Shown one piece after another: positions 57,509 through 64,000 of a stretch of DNA of 64,000 bases. Below the pieces are notes generated by a model. It made no database searches. It worked only from the letters and a program-made list of their open reading frames with translations, and was not told the DNA's origin. The DNA lies in the IMG/VR virus record IMGVR_UViG_3300043172_001414. One strand, given 5' to 3'. Position 1 is the stretch's first letter. Each line of letters starts with the position of its first letter. The stretch comes from a virus (taxonomy: Duplodnaviria; Heunggongvirae; Uroviricota; Caudoviricetes). The translations under genes were made by a program, and so were the position numbers.

Positions 57509-57734
57509 AAATCTAAGCGAACGATTATTTGACGAACGGCTTAGACTAGAGTTTTATTATAACGAAATTAAAGATTGCAATCGAGTAATATCAATTGGTC
57601 TTCGTGAATATAACATCACTCTTAAAGATGGAAGAAAACTAACAAACAAAGATTTTATGAACTCTTTAGATTTCAATGTTAAATTTAAATGTGAGATGGA
57701 TCTTAGATATGTACTGGACAGGAGAATTTACTAA
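57459..57734 (+). CDS. Hypothetical protein
   Basis: 91-aa ORF overlapping the HNH gene's 3' end. Confidence 0.3.
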   Translation: MTNKKRFAMSMKLDTFRNLSERLFDERLRLEFYYNEIKDCNRVISIGLREYNITLKDGRKLTNKDFMNSLDFNVKFKCEMDLRYVLDRRIY

Positions 57735-58045
57735 TGAAATATTTGCATTGTAGGATAGCAGACTGGGGAGAATTAGTAGACTGGTTTGAGATTGATTATA
57801 ATGATGATGACAGCATTAACGCAGAAGAAGTAAGAAAGAAATTGAGCGCCATTATTCTAGAGACTACTGGCAACCCATCTGAAGTAACAAAATTTCAGAT
57901 AGGCCAACTTCGTAAGTATGTTAAAGCAATAGCTAAAGCAGACACGAGTTACCCTAGACCAATATGGATAGGGCTATCTAAAATAAAAGATGATTATACA
58001 TTTATTCAATTTCTTAGTACACTATTGGAGCATTTATGGGTGTAG
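57734..58045 (+). CDS. Hypothetical protein
   Basis: 103-aa ORF. Confidence 0.35.
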   Translation: MKYLHCRIADWGELVDWFEIDYNDDDSINAEEVRKKLSAIILETTGNPSEVTKFQIGQLRKYVKAIAKADTSYPRPIWIGLSKIKDDYTFIQFLSTLLEHLWV

Positions 58046-58242
58046 AGGATTACATATCTTTAACAGATAAACAAATAAAATTAATTGATGACTGGACTAA
58101 TCATCACATTTGTATATCAGCTGATAATAATAAACCGATATGGTTTAACAAAACATCCGATGTAGATGTCGGAAAAACTTTAAAAATTAAATGTGGTTTC
58201 TGTGATACTGAATATGATATTACAGATATCGACACATGGTAG
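58036..58242 (+). CDS. Hypothetical small protein
   Basis: 68-aa ORF. Confidence 0.3.
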   Translation: MGVEDYISLTDKQIKLIDDWTNHHICISADNNKPIWFNKTSDVDVGKTLKIKCGFCDTEYDITDIDTW

Positions 58243-58323
58243 GAATATGTCTGAAATAATAATAATAATATTTTTTATTGTATATAGCCTCTATGTGGAA
58301 TACAATAAATACAAGTAAAGCAC

Positions 58324-58410
58324 GGGTATGTGCGCACTGTTGGTAAGTGTAGCGAGGCTGTAACCCTCGTGGCTTAATCTCCTACGGGGGTTCGAATCCC
58401 TTCATGCCCA
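58324..58410 (+). tRNA. tRNA-Tyr (anticodon GTA), type II; D-region irregular
   Basis: Acceptor GGGTATG/CATGCCC, anticodon arm CGAGG-CTGTAAC-CCTCG, long variable arm, T-loop TTCGAAT, followed by a T-run. Confidence 0.6.
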
Positions 58411-58418
58411 TTTTTTAA

Positions 58419-58910
58419 TTGAGGAATAGTATGACATTTTTTGTTAGCGGTCATAGAGATATAACCACAAAAGAATTTGAAGAACATTATATTCCAACAC
58501 TCGATATGATAATCGAAAACAACGAACATGTTGTTGTAGGTGATTGTCCTGGCGTTGACGAAATGACCCTTAACTATTTATGGGAAAAAGGTCATCGAAA
58601 AGCGACAGTATATTATATCGGGTTGCGACCAATGAACAACCCTGGCTTTGCCGGAGTTAACTATTGGTTCGACTCAGATGAAAATAAACATATTAGCAAT
58701 ACTTTTATTTTAGATTCTGATACAAGACGAGATTTCGTAATGACCATGAATTCAGATCAAGACATTGCCTGGCTAAGAGAAGGTAATGAAAGATCTGGAA
58801 CAGGAATGAATGTTTTAAGACGAGAATGGCTGATTGAAGAAGATGCTGACCTCACTTACGATTCACTCTATGAAAAATGGGAAATTAATGAAGCTAATCA
58901 ATACATTTAA
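58419..58910 (+). CDS. Putative LOG/SLOG (DprA/YpsA-like Rossmann) domain protein
   Basis: FFVSGHR … GDCPGVDEMTLNYL resembles the LOG-family PGGxGTxxE motif; 163 aa. Confidence 0.35.
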   Translation: MRNSMTFFVSGHRDITTKEFEEHYIPTLDMIIENNEHVVVGDCPGVDEMTLNYLWEKGHRKATVYYIGLRPMNNPGFAGVNYWFDSDENKHISNTFILDSDTRRDFVMTMNSDQDIAWLREGNERSGTGMNVLRREWLIEEDADLTYDSLYEKWEINEANQYI

Positions 58911-58911
58911 T

Positions 58912-58983
58912 GGGTTGTGCTCAGGGTAAGCGGAAAATCTTTGCAAGATTTTTGCCTGATCGGTTCGATTCCGATACGATCCA
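58912..58983 (+). tRNA. tRNA-Ala-like (anticodon TGC), D-arm not resolved
   Basis: Acceptor GGGTTGT/ACGATCC (two G-U pairs), anticodon arm AAATC-TTTGCAA-GATTT, T-arm ATCGGTTCGATTCCGAT. Confidence 0.5.
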
Positions 58984-59090
58984 CTTTTAACAGCCGTAGT
59001 TGCAAAAGACTGTTACACCCAAAGCTTATTGTGAACCTGAAGGAACATTACTGTTTTAATTGGGAACCGCTTTGTAAGAAGACTATGCCA

Positions 59091-59165
59091 GCACCAGTAA
59101 CTCAGTCCGGTCAGAGTCCCTGATTTCCAATCAGGTGGTCGGGAGTTCGAATCTCCCCTGGTGCT
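59091..59165 (+). tRNA. tRNA-Gly (anticodon TCC)
   Basis: Acceptor GCACCAG/CTGGTGC, D-stem ACTC/GAGT, anticodon arm CCTGA-TTTCCAA-TCAGG, T-arm GGGAGTTCGAATCTCCC. Confidence 0.8.
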
Positions 59166-59201
59166 TTATTCCGTTAATAATAAATTGAAAAAGGAAAATA
59201 T

Positions 59202-59879
59202 ATGACAAGACCAAATTTTACCGAAATAATAGCAATCATTGATAGATCAGGATCTATGCAGTCGCTAACACCAGAAACTATTTCTGGATACAACTCATTT
59301 CTTAAAGAACAAAAAGAAATCGAAGATGAAACAAATATATCCTTAGTTCTATTTAACCATACTCATGAATACATTTATGATAATGTACCAATTAAGAAAG
59401 TTAAAAAACTAAAGAAACAAATCTATATGGCTCATGGTATGACAGCTATGAACGATGCCATTGGTACTGCAATCACAACAGCTGGTGCTCGTCTAGCAAA
59501 GATGGAAGAACATGAAAGACCAAGCAAGGTAATAGTTCTCATCATCACTGACGGTCAAGAAAACAGCTCAAGAGAATACAGAACATCTCAAATCAAAGAG
59601 ATGATTGATAAGCAACAAAATACTTACTCGTGGGAATTCATATTCCTTGGAGCTAATATAGATGTGGATCAATATGCTGCAGACTATGGTTTCAAAGCAG
59701 GTAAATTTGCCATGTACGATCAATCAAGCAAAGGCACTACCGCAGTATTTGATTCTATGTCAACCGCTGTAACCAATGAAAGAGGCTTTAGTATTGATGA
59801 CTCTGGTGAACGGACAAGATCTGCAGGAACTGTAAATTATAGCATGGACACCATATACACAAAATCGATGAATAAATAA
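59202..59879 (+). CDS. von Willebrand factor type A (vWA) domain protein
   Basis: MIDAS motif (IIDRSGSM), TDGQEN; 225 aa. Confidence 0.65.
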   Translation: MTRPNFTEIIAIIDRSGSMQSLTPETISGYNSFLKEQKEIEDETNISLVLFNHTHEYIYDNVPIKKVKKLKKQIYMAHGMTAMNDAIGTAITTAGARLAKMEEHERPSKVIVLIITDGQENSSREYRTSQIKEMIDKQQNTYSWEFIFLGANIDVDQYAADYGFKAGKFAMYDQSSKGTTAVFDSMSTAVTNERGFSIDDSGERTRSAGTVNYSMDTIYTKSMNK

Positions 59880-59881
59880 TC

Positions 59882-59923
59882 AACTAAAGTATAGCAGTTG
59901 TCAATAAATGTTATACTTTAGTT
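59882..59923. repeat. 12-bp perfect inverted repeat AACTAAAGTATA / TATACTTTAGTT with an 18-nt spacer
   Basis: Lies between the vWA gene and tRNA-His; the arms are copies of a recurrent genome motif. Confidence 0.55.
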
Positions 59924-59929
59924 TTCGCC

Positions 59930-60002
59930 CCCGTGATAGTTCAACTGGTTAGAACCTCGGCCTGTGAAGCCGGTAATCTCGGCTCGATTCCGAGTCACTG
60001 GA
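59930..60002 (+). tRNA. tRNA-His (anticodon GTG), one acceptor mismatch
   Basis: D-arm GTTC-AACTGGTTA-GAAC, anticodon arm TCGGC-CTGTGAA-GCCGG, T-arm CTCGGCTCGATTCCGAG. Confidence 0.6.
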
Positions 60003-60015
60003 CTTTGGAGGATTT

Positions 60016-60246
60016 ATGAGTAGAAGTTTTAAATACAGACCGTTCTATAGTAAACACAATGATTTCAAAGAACTGAAACACGTCAATAAGTCATACCGTT
60101 TACACATGAAAAATCTCATCGTGTCAGAACGAATAGATCTAATTCACAAGGAATACCATAAACATAAAAGTGATTGGATGTGGGGATATGGTGGCTCATA
60201 TATAAGTCACCTTAGTGATGATTACGATAAAGCAATGAGGAAGTAA
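60016..60246 (+). CDS. Hypothetical small basic protein
   Basis: 76-aa ORF. Confidence 0.35.
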   Translation: MSRSFKYRPFYSKHNDFKELKHVNKSYRLHMKNLIVSERIDLIHKEYHKHKSDWMWGYGGSYISHLSDDYDKAMRK

Positions 60247-60247
60247 T

Positions 60248-60478
60248 ATGTTTTGGCCCTTTATGAAATCAAAAAAGAAAGAAGTGGAAGAGAATCCGTC
60301 ATACTCTATAGTACTATCATCTGAACAAGCAATAAAAGTATTGATCTGGAAAGGACAACACGATTGTACTTCAGTTAATGTATCTAAAAGAAAGATTTGG
60401 ATGAGACAAGATAAAATTGGAAAAAAGAAAGTAACAACAATAAAATGTGATATGTGCTCAAAGGTACATGTACTATAG
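60248..60478 (+). CDS. Hypothetical small protein
   Basis: 76-aa ORF. Confidence 0.35.
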   Translation: MFWPFMKSKKKEVEENPSYSIVLSSEQAIKVLIWKGQHDCTSVNVSKRKIWMRQDKIGKKKVTTIKCDMCSKVHVL

Positions 60479-60550
60479 GTGTGTGGCCCAGTTGGTTGGG
60501 GCAATACTCTGATAAGGTAAAGGACGCTGGTTCGATCCCAGCCACACCTA
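60477..60550 (+). tRNA. tRNA-Ile (anticodon GAT)
   Basis: Acceptor AGGTGTG/CACACCT (A1:U72 as in bacterial tRNA-Ile), D-arm GCCC-AGTTGGTTG-GGGC, anticodon loop CTGATAA, T-arm GCTGGTTCGATCCCAGC. Confidence 0.7.
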
Positions 60551-60574
60551 CTTATTATAAAAGAAGGACGAGAG

Positions 60575-61138
60575 ATGGAAGAGATAAAAGGAAATGATGT
60601 AAAATTTAAAGATAGTTTGAAGATTAATTTTTTAGGTGTGGCAATACTCAAACAAGACTTTGTATTCGAACACACTTATAAGACCGAGTGGAAAGGCAAG
60701 AGCACTATTGAGACCAACTATAATGACACCATATACACACACAATCATACTATCAAACATAAGGTCGTCCAATGTTCAGACCTTCCAGCTGATGAAACAC
60801 ATTACAGACGATTCGCAGAAAAACCTAAATATCATTGCTACCTTTTACTCGACATTGGAAGCATCTTATCTCAACCCATTATATTCTGGTCAATGGAATA
60901 TAAGACAGAACGGTCAGTACGAGAAATGATTGAACTTTGTAACAATACAGCTAAAGCAGTTATGAAGAAAAGAACTGCAAAGAAAACTACAGTGATGGCA
61001 AATGTAATTGCAGATTTTAAACTAAAGTATGGCAAAGAAAAAATACCCATCAGAATGATTACTGCAGACTTTGCAGTTAAGAAACATCTTCCTGGAATAG
61101 CAAGGGAAGCACATAGAAATCAGAAACAATTTATTTAA
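60575..61138 (+). CDS. Hypothetical protein
   Basis: 187-aa ORF. Confidence 0.4.
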   Translation: MEEIKGNDVKFKDSLKINFLGVAILKQDFVFEHTYKTEWKGKSTIETNYNDTIYTHNHTIKHKVVQCSDLPADETHYRRFAEKPKYHCYLLLDIGSILSQPIIFWSMEYKTERSVREMIELCNNTAKAVMKKRTAKKTTVMANVIADFKLKYGKEKIPIRMITADFAVKKHLPGIAREAHRNQKQFI

Positions 61139-61177
61139 TACTTTAGTTTAAATATACAATTCAATATACTTTAGTTT

Positions 61178-61310
61178 GCTATATTGGTCTGAAGCAGGAT
61201 GGAGGATACAGAAATGTATCGGTTACTCTGGGGACGGAGTTTCATGCTTTCGGCAAGACATATCTTCGGTAATACAAGGTAGGACATGGGTTCGACTCCC
61301 ATATATAGCT
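61178..61310 (+). ncRNA. 133-nt tRNA-like RNA: perfect 7-bp acceptor pairing plus canonical T-arm, but about 60 extra internal nucleotides
   Basis: 5' GCTATAT pairs with 3' ATATAGC; T-arm ATGGGTTCGACTCCCAT; internal GATAC/GTATC hairpin; no canonical cloverleaf fits. Confidence 0.4.
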
Positions 61311-61314
61311 TAAC

Positions 61315-61388
61315 GGGTTTCTAGCTCAATTGGTTAGAGCAGCAGTCTCATAATCTGCAGGTACTGGGTTCGATCCCCAGGAAGCCCA
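61315..61388 (+). tRNA. tRNA with CAT anticodon (fourth copy; Met or Ile2)
   Basis: Acceptor GGGTTTC/GAAGCCC, D-arm GCTC-AATTGGTTA-GAGC, anticodon loop CTCATAA, T-arm CTGGGTTCGATCCCCAG. Confidence 0.7.
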
Positions 61389-61400
61389 TAATATAATCAC

Positions 61401-61475
61401 AGCCGTGTAGCTCAGTTGGTCTAGAGCAGCACTCTTACAAAGTGAAGGTCGGGAGTTCGACTCTCCCCTCGGCTA
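61401..61475 (+). tRNA. tRNA-Val (anticodon TAC)
   Basis: D-arm GCTC-AGTTGGTCTA-GAGC, anticodon arm GCACT-CTTACAA-AGTGA, T-arm GGGAGTTCGACTCTCCC; one acceptor mismatch. Confidence 0.7.
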
Positions 61476-61490
61476 TTAACAAGGAATAAC

Positions 61491-61700
61491 ATGCACCCAT
61501 TAAAAGAAGCTTACAATGCCAGTAATGAAGGCATAAAAGACATGAAAGAAGTCATAGCGGAACATGAGAAAAATAAAAATGAAACACCGTCAATGATCAA
61601 ATTCTATGATGAACAAATTGAAAAGTATAACAAAATAATTCAATCTCTCGAAAACATAAACAGAGAGATTGAAAAACATGATAAGTTTCATGCATGGTAA
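61491..61700 (+). CDS. Hypothetical small protein
   Basis: 69-aa ORF between tRNAs. Confidence 0.35.
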   Translation: MHPLKEAYNASNEGIKDMKEVIAEHEKNKNETPSMIKFYDEQIEKYNKIIQSLENINREIEKHDKFHAW

Positions 61701-61706
61701 ATTATT

Positions 61707-61779
61707 GCAGCCGTAGCTCAGCAGGTAGAGCAGGAAACTGAAAATTTCTGTGTCACTGGTTCAATTCCGGTCGGTTGCA
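61707..61779 (+). tRNA. tRNA-Phe (anticodon GAA)
   Basis: Acceptor GCAGCCG/CGGTTGC, D-arm GCTC-AGCAGGTA-GAGC, anticodon arm GGAAA-CTGAAAA-TTTCT, T-loop TTCAATT. Confidence 0.8.
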
Positions 61780-61798
61780 TTTATATTGAGGAGGGCTT

Positions 61799-62065
61799 AT
61801 GCCACAACTAAGAAGAATCCCTGACGGGATAGGCGACTCAGGAGCACGCTCTGAAGCCATCAAATGGAATGCTGACGGCACGCTTGATGAGATTGTAGGG
61901 CGTAGACCAGTCGTTGGTTGTTCGATGCTTGTAGGCTCTCTCACAGCCCGTAGTTACAGCGGTCAAGATTACTGGTTAACTACCGTAGTAACTGAAGTAC
62001 TTGAAGAAAGGGAAGATTATGTCAAGTTTAAAACTGAGAATTCCATCTACGAATGGATAATTTAA
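61799..62065 (+). CDS. Hypothetical protein
   Basis: 88-aa ORF, relatively GC-rich. Confidence 0.35.
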   Translation: MPQLRRIPDGIGDSGARSEAIKWNADGTLDEIVGRRPVVGCSMLVGSLTARSYSGQDYWLTTVVTEVLEEREDYVKFKTENSIYEWII

Positions 62066-62150
62066 TAACAATCGTAAAATGTGATTAACATCACTGCCTA
62101 TATAATATTAATTTGTATCTTATATTATATAAATTAAATATGGTTTTATT

Positions 62151-62927
62151 ATGAAATTACAATTTTTAGGTTCTGGAAACGCTTTCACATTACTAAACTA
62201 TCAGTCTGCAGCAATGTTAACTCATAATGATAAGAACTTTCTTATTGATTGTGGTAGTGATACACGATTCAGCGCTGATAAGTGTGGCTTTACATTCTCT
62301 GATATTGATGCGGTTTATGTATCTCACCTTCACGGTGATCATATAGGTGGACTTGAATGGTTAGGATTTACTACCTATTTCACACCAAATGTTGATAGAC
62401 CAAAACTCTTTATTGAGAAGGCATTAATATCAGACTTGTGGTTATCTCTTAAAGGTGGAATGGAAAGCCTACAAGGTAAGATAGCTACACTTGATACATA
62501 CTTTGAAGTTATGCCCATCGAAGTCAACCATCCATTTAATTGGAATGGTATCAGCTTTGATGCAGTACAAACACTGCACATAACAAACAAGTATAAGCAT
62601 GTACCAAGCTATGGTTTAATGTGGTCAACCGAAGAAGACAAACGAGCTTACTTTACAACTGATTGTCAGTACGCTCCCGAATCTTCAATGATGGCATTCT
62701 ACAAAGAAGCTGATTATATCTTCCATGACTGTGAAACTGCACCATATGAATCTGGTGTTCACGCTCATTATAATCAGCTAAAGCAATTACCGGAAGAAGT
62801 TAAAAATAAAATGCACTTGTATCATTATCAAGATAATATTATCGAAGATTTTGAGAACAAAAGCAAAGAAGCAAATTGTGATGGCTTCATGGGATTTGTC
62901 CGCAAGGGAGCTATCATAACATTATAA
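62151..62927 (+). CDS. Metallo-beta-lactamase-fold hydrolase (RNase Z/ElaC-like or cyclic-nucleotide-hydrolase-like)
   Basis: HxHxDH motif (VSHLHGDHIGG) and downstream His/Asp ligands; 258 aa; embedded in the tRNA island. Confidence 0.7.
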   Translation: MKLQFLGSGNAFTLLNYQSAAMLTHNDKNFLIDCGSDTRFSADKCGFTFSDIDAVYVSHLHGDHIGGLEWLGFTTYFTPNVDRPKLFIEKALISDLWLSLKGGMESLQGKIATLDTYFEVMPIEVNHPFNWNGISFDAVQTLHITNKYKHVPSYGLMWSTEEDKRAYFTTDCQYAPESSMMAFYKEADYIFHDCETAPYESGVHAHYNQLKQLPEEVKNKMHLYHYQDNIIEDFENKSKEANCDGFMGFVRKGAIITL

Positions 62928-62932
62928 ACAAT

Positions 62933-63005
62933 GGGTGTGTAACTCAGTTGGTAGAGTACTAAACTTTTAATTTAGGAGCCGTGTGTTCAATCCTCACCAC
63001 ACCCA
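62933..63005 (+). tRNA. tRNA-Lys (anticodon TTT)
   Basis: Acceptor GGGTGTG/CACACCC, D-stem ACTC/GAGT, anticodon arm CTAAA-CTTTTAA-TTTAG, T-loop TTCAATC. Confidence 0.75.
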
Positions 63006-63094
63006 TTTTTTTATAATAAATAATCATCCAGCCTTATAATCATCAACTAAAGATTAGTCCTCATCAACTAAAGTTTAGTCAATCCGTCCCATAG

Positions 63095-63158
63095 CCAAGT
63101 CCGGCTAAGGCAACTGTTTGCAACGCAGTCATCGTGAGTTCGAATCCCACTGGGACGT
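63095..63158 (+). tRNA. tRNA-Cys (anticodon GCA)
   Basis: Acceptor CGTCCCA/TGGGACG, anticodon arm ACTGT-TTGCAAC-GCAGT, T-loop TTCGAAT. Confidence 0.6.
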
Positions 63159-63174
63159 TTTAAAAGGATATATT

Positions 63175-63396
63175 ATGAAAAATTTTTTAATCAAAGTGGG
63201 GAACCACGCAATAAGAGTAGAAGATAATACATCACTCAATTACACTAAATTAGATATTGATGAGGTATTTATTAAATCCATCGAAAAGTCTATATTAAAC
63301 GGCTTGGATAATGGTTGTATTACACTCATGCTACGAGATGATAATGATTTCTCGCATACAGATAGAGGAAAAATGTATTGGGAAATACATACATAA
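63175..63396 (+). CDS. Hypothetical small protein (internal start chosen to avoid overlap with the tRNA)
   Basis: 73 aa from MKNFLIKVG…; ribosome-binding site AAAGGA upstream. Confidence 0.4.
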   Translation: MKNFLIKVGNHAIRVEDNTSLNYTKLDIDEVFIKSIEKSILNGLDNGCITLMLRDDNDFSHTDRGKMYWEIHT

Positions 63397-63496
63397 AATT
63401 TATTTACTACAGTACATAAAATCTATTGACACCTGTATATAAAGTAATTACTTTAGTTAATACCTTATATTCACTTCAACAGGTACGGAGGTTATT

Positions 63497-64000
63497 ATGT
63501 TACTCAGTAAAGAAGAGACAATCGAAATAAAAGGTATAGGTGTTATCATTGGGAGATTCCAGGTCAAGGATCTTACTCAAGGACACCGTGATATAATTGA
63601 AACAGTTATTGGCCGTCATGAAAAAGTCATTTGTGTTCTAGGTGCTGCACCAGTGTCGGGAGGATCTGAAAACCCTCTAGATATTGAGAGCAGACGACAA
63701 ATGATATCTCAAGCTTATCCAGATATTCAAATTCTATATAATGATGATCAACCTACTAACAAAGGTTGGTCAAAGAAATTAGATAGTTTGATTAAGTATA
63801 ACACACCACCGTTAGCAGAAGTAACTCTCTATGGAAGTAGAGAATCTTTTAAACCTTACTATTTGGGATTATTCCCAGTGGTAGAGCTAATACAGGAGTC
63901 TTATACATCCGGTACGAGTGAAAGAAGAAACGCATCCTATAAAGTCATTAACTCTTCAGATTGGAGAGCTGGTGCTATATGGAATGCCAACAACAGATTC
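63497..64000 (+). CDS. Nicotinamide-nucleotide adenylyltransferase (NatV/NadM-like), 3'-truncated by the window end
   Basis: Cytidylyltransferase (H/T)xGH motif (IIGRFQVKDLTQGHRDII); ribosome-binding site GGAGG upstream; the ORF runs to the window edge. Confidence 0.55.
   Translation, partial: MLLSKEETIEIKGIGVIIGRFQVKDLTQGHRDIIETVIGRHEKVICVLGAAPVSGGSENPLDIESRRQMISQAYPDIQILYNDDQPTNKGWSKKLDSLIKYNTPPLAEVTLYGSRESFKPYYLGLFPVVELIQESYTSGTSERRNASYKVINSSDWRAGAIWNANNRF

Noticed and set aside
58983-59091. Possible additional tRNA between the tRNA-Ala-like and tRNA-Gly genes
   Set aside because: No T-loop (TTCRANY) or complementary acceptor ends could be found. The region contains only an AACAG…CTGTT hairpin.
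61178-61310. tmRNA (ssrA) identity for the 133-nt tRNA-like RNA
   Set aside because: Far shorter than tmRNA (about 350 nt), no pseudoknots evident, and the internal ORF does not end in a hydrophobic …LAA-type degradation tag.
63118-63174. Start of tracked ORF 63118..63396 overlapping tRNA-Cys
   Set aside because: The internal ATG at 63175 with a ribosome-binding site avoids the tRNA; the upstream part is probably untranslated.

Overview
The window reads as a segment of a T4-like (Tevenvirinae-type) myovirus genome, AT-rich (roughly 35% GC by eye), with no rRNA and no CRISPR array. From about 0.7 to 21.7 kb the minus strand carries a virion morphogenesis module in the conserved T4 order: portal(20)-core-protease(21)-scaffold(22)-major capsid(23), plus two large fibre-like proteins, a UvsW-like helicase and a pair of paralogous structural proteins. 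Each unit is preceded by a T4-type late promoter (TATAAATA) and several are closed by rho-independent terminators. From about 21.8 to 53.8 kb the plus strand carries the replication/recombination module: gp46/gp47 (Rad50/Mre11), gp55 late sigma factor, alpha-glucosyltransferase-like protein, family B DNA polymerase, UvsX, gp41 helicase, gp32, gp61 primase, RNase H, an intein-interrupted ribonucleotide reductase, gp45 clamp and gp44 clamp loader. Accessory genes are interspersed: an SPFH/band-7 membrane protein plus DHH-DHHA1 phosphoesterase operon, three tandem zinc-ribbon paralogs, a GIY-YIG nuclease, a GT2 glycosyltransferase, an M15 peptidase (likely endolysin), an Hsp20 and a D5/SF3-like NTPase next to a 680-nt AT-rich iteron-like non-coding region. 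Perfect sigma70-type early promoters (TTGAC(T/A)-17-TATA(A/C)T) are visible. From about 54.2 to 63.2 kb there is a large tRNA island with about 19-20 hand-folded tRNA genes, including four CAU-anticodon tRNAs, a type-II-shaped tRNA with a GUU anticodon and a 133-nt tRNA-like RNA. The island also holds two HNH homing endonucleases, a vWA-domain protein, a metallo-beta-lactamase-fold protein, a LOG/SLOG-like protein and tandem tRNA-minihelix-like hairpin elements. It ends in a partial NMN adenylyltransferase (NatV-like) gene. All calls come from reading the sequence and from motifs recalled from memory; hand-derived coordinates of RNAs and motifs may be off by 1-2 nt.
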